DNA of 64,000 nucleotides. It comes from an uncultured Chloroflexia bacterium. GTDB lineage: Bacteria > Chloroflexota > Limnocylindria > Limnocylindrales > CSP1-4. The notes under the pieces are model-generated. The model made no database searches. It saw only the letters and a list, made by a program, of their open reading frames with translations, and was not told the origin of the DNA. A program made the translations under genes and the position numbers. Shown one piece after another: positions 56,290-64,000 of the stretch. The stretch lies in the NCBI GenBank assembly GCA_963720315.1, contig CAVRFC010000002.1, positions 22,252-86,251 of the forward strand, written 5' to 3'. Position 1 is the stretch's first letter. Each line of letters begins with the position of its first letter.

Positions 56290-58177
56290 ATGTGTGGAAT
56301 TGCGGGTATCGCAGATCCGCGGGGTCTGCGACCGGACGACGCCCAGCTGGCGGACTACATGCTCAGGACGCTCGCCCACCGGGGTCCTGACGACCACGTC
56401 ATTCGGGAAGAGCCTGGGGCGGTCCTCGGCACGCGCCGTCTGTCAATCATCGATCTCGCCGGCGGAAAGCAGCCGTTGGGGAACGAGGATGACACCGTCG
56501 TCGCATCCCAGAACGGCGAGATCTACAACTATGTGGAGCTGCGAGATCATCTGATCGCGGGCGGCCATTCCCTGCGATCTGACGGCGACACGGAGACCAT
56601 CGTCCATCTCTACGAGGACCACCTGGAGCAGTTCGTCGAGCATCTTCGCGGCATGTTCGCAATCGCCCTATGGGACGTGTCGCGCCAGCGGCTGATCCTG
56701 GCCCGTGATCGACTCGGCAAGAAGCCGCTGTACTGGCGCCTCGACAAGGGCCGCTTGAGCTACGGGTCAGAGTTGAAGGCGCTCCTCGCGGACCCGTCCG
56801 TCGACCGCGCGGTCGACCGAGATGCCCTCGCTATCTATCTCGGTTACCAGTACGTCCCCGCACCGCTCTCGATCCTGACCGGCATCCACAAGCTACCGCC
56901 CGCCAGCATCCTGGTTTGGGATGGTGGAGAGCCGCGCATCGAGCGGTACTGGGAGCCCCGATACGAACCGAAGACACATCGATCGGTCGAAGACGATCGG
57001 GACGCTTGTCTCGAGGTCCTGACAGAGGCGGTCCGCATCCGGCTTCGGAGCGACGTCCCGGTGGGTTGCTTCCTGAGCGGCGGGATGGATTCGAGTGTCG
57101 TCACGGGCCTGATGGCGAAGCTGTCGGCGGAGCCCGTCCGTACCTTCTCCATCGGCTTCGATGTACCTCGGCTCGACGAGACTCGGTACGCCCAGGCTGT
57201 AGCCGACCACTTCTCTACCCGGCATACCACCGAGGTCGTAAGCCTCGACGTCATGGCGCTCTTGCCGGGCCTCGCCTACGCCTATGACGAGCCATTCGGC
57301 GATTCATCAGCCATTCCGACGTTCCGCGTTGCTCAGCTCGCTGCGCAGGACGTCAAAGTCGTCCTCACCGGCGATGGCGGGGACGAGGCCTTCGGCGGAT
57401 ATCTCCGCTACGTTGCTGACGAGCGGCTGCGCGGGCTCGACCTTCTGCCAGGTGTACTGGCTCGAGCCGGCTCGGCGAGCATTGACGCCCTGCTCGGCGT
57501 CGTGGCCCCTCGATCGAGGCTTCGGCGGCGCCTTCGGCTGGCCGGGGAACTGGTCGGCATGGATCGGGATGAGCGCTACGACCGGCAGATGCGAATGATG
57601 TCGTCCGAGCTGGAGCTTGCCCTGTTGAACGGTCGCTCCGTGGCGACTTCGTCCGGCCATCTCAGCAACTCGATGGCGACGGCACCCTCCGATCCGCTTC
57701 GATCGCCTTCTCTGGACCGACACCCTCAACTATCTGCCGGAGGACCTGCTCGTCAAGATGGACCGGGCGACGATGGCGAATTCTCTCGAGGCGCGATCGC
57801 CGCTGCTGGATCAGGAGGTCGTTCAGTTCGCCGCGCGACTGCCGAGCGAGCGGAAACTGCATCGCGGCCGCTCGAAGCTCGTGCTGCGCGAAGTGGCCAA
57901 GGACGCTCCTGCCCGCCGAGCTCGTCGAGCGGCCCGAAGATGGGCTTCGCGTGTCCCGATCGGCGAGTCGTTCCTCGGTCGCTCGGTGATCAGTATCGAG
58001 AGCTTGCTCTGGCACCCGACGCGTTCGTGCGCGACGTCGTCGATCAGGACGTGGCGCGACGGCTCCTCGAGGAGCACACTCGCCGGTTCGCACGAGCACG
58101 GGCGGCGTCTGTGGCAGCTATTCACCCTCGAACTGTGGGGCAGGACCTGGGCGCGCCAACCGGTCCGCATCGGGTGA
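56290..58177 (+). pseudogene. asnB: Glutamine-hydrolysing asparagine synthase family amidotransferase, at least 6 frameshifts in the last ~500 bp
   Basis: Ntn-Cys MCGIAGI, PP-loop FLSGGMDSSVV. The C-terminal pieces FDRLLWTDTLNYLPEDLLVKMDRATMANSLEARSPLLD, LLPAELVERP, KMGF, VPIGE, SLGDQYRELAL and HEHGRRLWQLFTLELW hop between frames. Confidence 0.8.
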
Positions 58178-59157
58178 AAGCGCTCGTCACAGGTGGAGCC
58201 GGGTTCATCGGCCACCATCTTGTCCGCGGCTCCTTGAAGAGGGATGGGCGGTCGTCGTTCTCGACGATCTGTCGACAGGCGACGCCGCTCGGCTGACGCC
58301 CGTCGGCGGATCGAATCGACTTCATCCAGGGCGACATCCGGGATGCGGCAGCCATCGACAAGGCGATTGCCGGCGTCGACATCATCTTTCACGAGGCCGC
58401 GTTGCCGTCGGTCGCGAGATCAGTGGTGGACCCGCGGCTGACAAACGACATCAATTCCAACGGAACAATCGAGGTGATGCTCGGCGCCGCCCGGGCTGGC
58501 GTCCGACGCGTCGTCTACGCGGCGTCGTCCTCGATCTACGGGAGCGGCCCAGAACTTCCACGACGAGAAAGCCAGCGCCCAGATCCTCAGTCGCCGTATG
58601 CCGCGAGCAAGCTGGCAGCCGAGTACTACCTCCACTCGCTCGGGGCGCTTCACGGTATCGAGACGGTGGCGCTCCGCTACTTCAACATCTTCGGGCCAGG
58701 CCAGGACCCAGCCTCGGAATACGCGGCCGTCGTGCCAAGGTTCATCGTCGCCGGCCTGAAGGGCGAGTCGCCGGCGATTTACGGCGACGGCCACCAGACG
58801 CGGGACTTCACCTACATCGACAACGTCGTCGCGGCCAATCTTGCCGCCGCCATCCGCCCCGGCATCAGCAGGTTGACGTGCAACGTCGGGTGCGGCGGCC
58901 GGTTCAGCCTGCTCGAGCTACTGGCCCGGGTCGGGGACGCGCTGGGCGTGGACCTGACACCGACCTTCGGGCCGGCGCGTGCGGGCGACGTGCCCCACTC
59001 GCAGGCCGACATCGCACTGGCCGTCGAGCGACTAGGTTACGAGCCTGCGGTTGGCTTCGACGACGGCGTCCGACGAACAGTCGAGTGGTTTCGGGAGCAC
59101 CATGACGCGGCGCCGGTCCGGAGACCTCCGATGGAGCCGTCAAGTCAGCCGGCGTGA
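58174..59157 (+). pseudogene. NAD-dependent nucleotide-sugar epimerase, 2 frameshifts (about 58232, 58308)
   Basis: VKALVTGGAGFIGHHLVRG / LLEEGWAVVVLDDLSTGDAARL / IDFIQGDIRD...SPYAASKLAAE (YxxxK). GTGA overlap with asnB. Confidence 0.8.
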
Positions 59158-59239
59158 CTGAGCCGGGTCGCGAGCCGGACGCGACGCAGCCACGTCGACG
59201 GTCGTCGATCGGGCCCACCCGGGGCGGATCCTCGGCCAA

Positions 59240-60790
59240 GTGGGCGGGTCGACTGCACTTCTGACCGCCGCCGCGTTGGGAGGCCAGGCGGCCTCGCTGC
59301 TCCGCGCGATTTTTGTAGCCGCCCAGATCGGCCCGACGGCCTCGCTGGACGCGCTGCTAGTGGCGCTCGTTCTTCCAGTACTGGTCTCCGGCCTGCTGAC
59401 GAGCGGGATCCGGGCCGCGCTCATCCCGGCCCACGCCGAGATCGCCGCCGCCGGCGGCTCGGCCGCGGCTCGGCGCTTCGTCGGGGCGATCACTACCTGG
59501 ACGACGATCGCCGCCATCCTGATCAGCGGTGTGATGCTGATGCAGCCCGAAATCTGGATCGGGCTTGCCGGGCCCGGCCTCGCGCCGGAACCACGGGCCT
59601 CCGCCATCTACTATTTCCCGCTTCTCCTTCCTCTCGTGGTGCTCGGCACACTCAGCCAGTTACTAGCGGCAATCTGCCAGATCGCCGGACGCTTCGGACC
59701 CATCGCGTTGGCCTGGTTGATCGGGCCCGCCGTATCGCTCGTGTTCGCCGTGTCTGCCTGGGATCGACTCGGTCTGTCGGCGGTCGCGATCGGGATGAGT
59801 CTCGGGTCGGCGGTGGGTGTCGGCTTGATGGTGATCGCGGCGGCTCGGATCGGAGTGCTACCGCCGCTGGCGCTGCTTGCCCCGCGCCGGGAGATCGTCG
59901 GCTTCCTGCGCCATGCTGGACCATTCGCGGCGGGTTCAGGCTTCCTCCAGTTCAATCTCCTGGTCGACCGAGCGATCGCGTCGCTGCTGTCCGTCGGCGC
60001 GGTGAGTGTCCTCAAGTTCGGCCAGCAACTCGTGACGGAACCACTCGCGTCGCTCTCGACAGCGTGGACCACGTCACTGTATCCCTCTCTGGTTCGGTCC
60101 AGCGTTGTGGGTCAGGAGCGGTCGCTCGGCGCGCTTTCTTCGGTTGCCCTTCGCTACACGCTAGCGATCTTCGTCCCCGTCTCCTTCGGCGTCGCCGCCC
60201 TTGCGCCGCTGCTCGTGGACGTGGTCTACCGACGGGGGGCGTTCGATGCCGCAGCGGCCGCCGACACCACTCTCGTTGTCGCCGCGTTCTCGCCCATGCT
60301 CGCGCTCACGATGATCCTGCCGATCCTGACGGGCGCTCACAACGCACGCCGGAACGGCACGTTGCTGGCCGTCACGGCTGTCTCGAATGCGGTGCTCAAC
60401 CTGCTGCTCAACCTTGTGTTCGGCCGACTGTTCGGGGTGACAGGTGTCGCCCTGTCGACCTCCATCACGATGGCGATCCTGCTTGTCTTTCTCGCCTGGA
60501 GACTGGCCCGCTCCGAGGTCGACTTCGACCAGCGCGCTGTCCTACACGTCGGCAAGCGCGTGCTCCTCGCCAGCGCCGTCCCTGCGATCATCGTCGGAAC
60601 GATCTCCTGGAACTTGCTCGGATCATCCCTCGAGACCCCGGGCAATCTGGCTGCCGTCGTCCTGCTCGCGATTGTCGGCGCGATCGGCTACTTCGGGATG
60701 GCCGTCATCCTCGGAATTCGGGAGCCGACAGAGGTCCTGGGCCGCTCGATCGGCTCAATCCGCGCGATCCGTTCGCGGGGGAGGCGATGA
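59240..60790 (+). CDS. MOP-superfamily flippase (MurJ/MviN- or Wzx-like)
   Basis: 516-aa protein with about 14 TM segments. The N-terminus ...ASLLRAIFVAAQIGPTASLDALLVALVLPVLVSG... is typical of MurJ/MviN-like proteins. Confidence 0.65.
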   Translation: MGGSTALLTAAALGGQAASLLRAIFVAAQIGPTASLDALLVALVLPVLVSGLLTSGIRAALIPAHAEIAAAGGSAAARRFVGAITTWTTIAAILISGVMLMQPEIWIGLAGPGLAPEPRASAIYYFPLLLPLVVLGTLSQLLAAICQIAGRFGPIALAWLIGPAVSLVFAVSAWDRLGLSAVAIGMSLGSAVGVGLMVIAAARIGVLPPLALLAPRREIVGFLRHAGPFAAGSGFLQFNLLVDRAIASLLSVGAVSVLKFGQQLVTEPLASLSTAWTTSLYPSLVRSSVVGQERSLGALSSVALRYTLAIFVPVSFGVAALAPLLVDVVYRRGAFDAAAAADTTLVVAAFSPMLALTMILPILTGAHNARRNGTLLAVTAVSNAVLNLLLNLVFGRLFGVTGVALSTSITMAILLVFLAWRLARSEVDFDQRAVLHVGKRVLLASAVPAIIVGTISWNLLGSSLETPGNLAAVVLLAIVGAIGYFGMAVILGIREPTEVLGRSIGSIRAIRSRGRR

Positions 60791-61980
60791 CCCGCACTCG
60801 GGGTCGCTCCGATGGTCCTATCCGGATCGCGTACCTCAATGGCTCGCTCGAGACCGGCGGCTCGGAGCGGCAGATGGTGGAGTTGGCGCGGAGGTTGCCG
60901 CGCGATCGGTTCGCCCCCGAATTCGTGCTCCTGACTGACCGCGGACCCCTTGCCGATCTGGCCGAGTCGAGCGGCGTACCGGTTAGTTTGCTGAACTGGG
61001 CGCGGCCCGGCGAGTCGTGGCGGCGCGTTCGGAGGATCGGCGATATCGCCCGCTACGTGGCGACAATGCGTCGTGGTCGCTTTGACATCATCGATGCATG
61101 GCTCTTCCATGCGTACGCCGTCGCCGCCGCAATGCGTTCGTGGACCGGCGCCGAAGCGATCATCGCCGGGCGGCGCAGCCTGGGCGACTTCAAGCGGGCA
61201 GGCCACCCGATTAATCGAATCCTGGACGGGATCGCCCGGCGGCGTGTGGATGCGATCGTCGCCAACAGCGAGGGTGTCATGCAGGATGCGGTGCTCCGCG
61301 AAGGGATCGCCCCGGATCGTATTCGTGTCATCCGGAACGGAGCCGAACTTCCGACACCGCTCACGGACGAGGCTCGCGATTCGATCCGACGGAAATGGGG
61401 CGCCGGACCAGAGGACATTGTCATCGGCTGTGTCGCGAACTACAGGCAGACGAAGGGGTTGGACACGGTCGTGGCGGTTGCATCCGTCGCAGCGGTCGCC
61501 GTTCCGCGAGCGCTCTTCGTGCTCATCGGAGAGGGCCCATACCGAGCCGAACTAGAGCATGCGATCGAAGCCGCCGGCCTGGGCGATCGCGTGCGACTGC
61601 AAGGGCCGGTGCCGGACGCCAGGCAGATCGTCGGGGCGTTCGACATTGCCCTCCAGGCATCGCGCTCGGAAGGCCTTCCGAATGCAATCCTCGAAGCGGC
61701 GGCAGCAGGTGTGCCGGTGGTCGCGACGAATGTCGGCGGGACTGCAGAGGTCGTGGCCGATGGATCGACCGGCCGCCTCGTCGCGCCGGGCGATGTCGAC
61801 GCGATGGCCGAAGCCATCCTCTGGCTGGCCAGCGGCCGCGATCACCGGGTGACGGTCGGAGCGGCCGGACGCCACCTCGTCGCAGAGCGGTTCGGGATGG
61901 ATCGTTTCGTCGCGGAGACGGCCGCCCTCTACGAGCAAGTGCTCGCGAGTCGAGCTTCGCGAAGGGCGAGGCATGGTTGA
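60787..61980 (+). CDS. GT4 (GT-B fold) glycosyltransferase
   Basis: IRIAYLNGSLETGGSERQMVELA... and C-terminal SRSEGLPNAILEAAAAGVPVVATNVGG (E-x7-E). ATGA overlap with the flippase gene. Confidence 0.85.
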   Translation: MTRTRGRSDGPIRIAYLNGSLETGGSERQMVELARRLPRDRFAPEFVLLTDRGPLADLAESSGVPVSLLNWARPGESWRRVRRIGDIARYVATMRRGRFDIIDAWLFHAYAVAAAMRSWTGAEAIIAGRRSLGDFKRAGHPINRILDGIARRRVDAIVANSEGVMQDAVLREGIAPDRIRVIRNGAELPTPLTDEARDSIRRKWGAGPEDIVIGCVANYRQTKGLDTVVAVASVAAVAVPRALFVLIGEGPYRAELEHAIEAAGLGDRVRLQGPVPDARQIVGAFDIALQASRSEGLPNAILEAAAAGVPVVATNVGGTAEVVADGSTGRLVAPGDVDAMAEAILWLASGRDHRVTVGAAGRHLVAERFGMDRFVAETAALYEQVLASRASRRARHG

Positions 61981-62097
61981 TCAATTGCTCTCAACGGAGG
62001 GGCCCTCGCGCCGGCCGAGTTGGTATGCTGCGGCGGTTGTGATTGCCGTCACGTCCGATCTCTGCCTGGTCGATCGCGAGGCAACCAACGGATCCGC

Positions 62098-63031
62098 ATG
62101 GTGGGGCTGGTCAGACGGGAGTCGGCCCTGCGCTGGGGTGATCTGTCCCTCCTGTGCCCGCAATGCCGGGCGCCACTCGAACTGGAAGGGTTTGATCGAT
62201 TCGACTGTTCGCGGCGCCACACCTACCCGATCGTCGGCGGGATTCCGCGATTTGTTTCGGCCGAGTCGTACGCCGAATCGTTCGGGTTTGAGTGGACGCG
62301 CCATCGCCAGACCCAGGTCGACTCCAAGAGTGGCCGAACCAGATTCCCGCATCTCGTTCGCGCAGAAAGTAGGCCTCGGCCCGGCCGAGCTCGACGGCAG
62401 ACTGGTCCTTGACGTGGGCGTCGGGTCGGGCCGATTCGCCGAGATCGCCGCGAATCACGGCGCCCGCGTCGTTGGGATCGACCTCAGCCGCGCTGTCGAT
62501 GCCGCCGCGGGCAATCTCGGCGATCGAGCGCTGGTCGCTCAGGCGGACCTGTTCAACCTTCCATTCGCCGACGGAACATTCGACGTCGTCTATTCGATCG
62601 GTGTGCTTCATCACACGCCCGACACGGCGTCCGCAGTCCGCGCGCTCGCCCCGATCGTCAAGCCTGGGGGCACACTCGCAATCTGGGTCTACCGGCGCGC
62701 CGCCTGGTATCGGATGGCCGACCTATACCGGCACTTGACCACTCGAATGAGCGACCGGTCGTTGTACCGGTTAAGCCGGGTCCTCGCCCGCCTCTATCCG
62801 CTTCAAAAACTCCCTGTCGTCGGCCGCCCATTGCGGTTCTTGGTGCCGGTGTCCGGCCAAGCCGATCTTGAGTGGCGCGTACTCGACACCTTCGATTGGT
62901 ACGCGCCGCGATACCAGTGGAAGCACACCAAGGCCGAGGTCGTCGGCTGGTTCCGCGAGCTCGGGTTCGAGTCGATTGAGGTCCTCGACTTCCCGGTTGC
63001 CGTCCGAGGGCGCCGGCCCGTTGACAAGTAG
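62098..63031 (+). pseudogene. SAM-dependent methyltransferase with an N-terminal Trm112-like zinc-ribbon, one frameshift near 62340
   Basis: LLCPQCRAPLE...FDCSRRHTYPIVGGIPRFV...FGFEWTRH (track ORF 62020..62412) continues as ...LVLDVGVGSGRFAEIAA...VYSIGVLHHTPD...KPGGTLAIWVY (ORF 61973..63031). Confidence 0.7.
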
Positions 63032-63091
63032 AGCGACGACACGGCTGGGGCCCACGATGGACTGGCAGCCCCGCCGGGCGAATTAGGCGCC

Positions 63092-64000
63092 GTGTCTGAG
63101 CGGCCTCCGTTGCGCCTGGCTTTGTTGTCGCATCACTCGAAATCGGTGGGAGCGAGGGTCAGATGGTCCAACTCGCGGAGCGGCTGCCCCGCGACCGATT
63201 CGTCGTCGAGTTCGTACTGTTGACGGGCCGGGGCCGCTTGCCGATCGAGTGGAAGGTACAGGCGGTCGGATCCACGTGCTGAACTGGCGACGCGGCCGAT
63301 CGATTGTCCGGAGCCTTCCTGACCTGTGGCGCGTGGTTCGCACGCTGCGGCGTGGTCGGTTCGACATCGTCGACGCGTGGCTGTTCCATGCATACGCCAT
63401 CACAAGCGTGACGCGGCCGGTGACCCGGATCCCTGTACTCATCGCGGGTCGCCGGAGCTTGAGCCACCACAAGCATGGGTTCAGCCAAGTCGAGCGGTTG
63501 CTGGACCGGGTCGCTCGTCGGAGCGTCGACGCTGTCGTCGCCAACTCGGATGCCGTTCGGGCCGAGGTGGCGCGCTTTGAGGGGATCGATCCAGGTCGGA
63601 TTCGGGTTATTCACAATGGGGTCTCCATCCCGGCCCCCGTCGATCCCGTGACCCGCGAAGCAATGCGAGTGGCATGGCGCATTCGCCCCGACGACGTGCT
63701 CGTTGGATGCATCGGCAATTACAAGTCTGGCAAAGGACAGGAGACGCTCATTCGCGCCATTGCGCGGGCCCTTCCTACGACCACTGGGCTCCGCCTCATC
63801 CTCGTCGGCGAGGGCCCGCAACGCCCCGAGCTCCAGCGGCTCGTCGACGAGCTTGGGCTGCATGACGTCGTCCGGCTCCACGGCACCGAGCCGGACGCGC
63901 GACAGATCATCGGGGCGTTCGACATCGCCGCCCAGGCGTCCGTGTCCGAGGGGCTGCCGAACGCCGTCCTCGAGGCCGCCGCAGCCGGTCTACCGATCGT
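63092..64000 (+). pseudogene. Second GT4 glycosyltransferase (paralogue of 60787..61980), at least 3 frameshifts. The 3' end is beyond the window.
   Basis: LRLALLSHH / LEIGGSEGQMVQLAERLPRDRFVVEFVLLTGRG / VLNWRRGRSIVRSLPDLWRVVRTLRRGRFDIVDAWLFHAYA...VANSDAVRAEV...LILVGEGPQRPEL...SVSEGLPNAVLEAAAAGLPIV. Collinear with the first GT4. Confidence 0.7.

Noticed and set aside
60064-60786. N-terminal 240 residues of the 638-aa ORF 60064..61980
   Set aside because: This part overlaps the flippase gene in another frame and is Arg-rich nonsense. The GT4 homology begins at ATG 60787, which overlaps the flippase stop.
1-64000. Search for CRISPR arrays, IS elements or transposases, integrases, prophage genes, toxin-antitoxin pairs or known defence systems
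   Set aside because: There are no regularly spaced repeats, no transposase-, integrase- or phage-like translations, and no intergenic gap larger than about 390 bp (that one is filled by the riboswitch). The only tandem repeat found is the 18-bp duplication at 44276..44309.

Overview
Very GC-rich bacterial chromosomal DNA. By gene content it looks like a monoderm Actinomycetota- or Chloroflexota-like genome, but no taxon can be assigned and GC was not computed. The window is almost fully coding, with ordinary housekeeping and cell-envelope genes. I found no rRNA or tRNA genes, CRISPR arrays, transposases, integrases or recognisable defence genes.

Gene content, left to right:
- A potA-potD-potB-potC polyamine ABC importer, divergent from an XRE-cupin regulator.
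- GDP-mannose genes: manC, manB and a separate cupin.
- A small secreted-protein operon: a propeller-like protein, a metzincin-like protease and a lipoprotein.
- A cobalamin riboswitch in front of a btuFCD-like ABC importer.
- Assorted enzymes.
- A TetR-controlled divergon: tetR, a PLP decarboxylase and a GcvT-like gene on one side; an SRPBCC protein and two CrtI-family flavoproteins on the other.
- surE, an AI-2E transporter and trpS.
- hom-thrC-thrB and lysC.
- birA and an ECF sigma factor.
- A long acc/fab gene string: accD, accA, a lysine-less BCCP-like gene, accC, fabZ, a metallophosphoesterase, fabF, accB, fabH, fabG.
- A roughly 17 kb Wzx/Wzy-type glycopolymer locus. It holds a GT-C enzyme, GT2, an LCP ligase, two O-antigen-ligase-like proteins, asnB, two epimerases, two methyltransferases, a MOP flippase and two GT4 enzymes.

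Main anomaly: many clearly recognisable genes are broken by frameshifts. These are extremely dense between about 34.3 and 43.5 kb and again at 57.7-58.3 kb and after 63.1 kb. This looks more like consensus or indel error than decay, and it limits every functional inference.

Most interesting biology, none of it a clear-cut new system:
- The BCCP paralogue without a biotinylatable lysine, sitting inside the acc operon.
- The phosphoesterase translationally coupled inside the fab operon.
- The TetR divergon with a tandem palindromic operator.
- The glycopolymer locus.

All family calls come from reading the translations by eye. No database searches were run.
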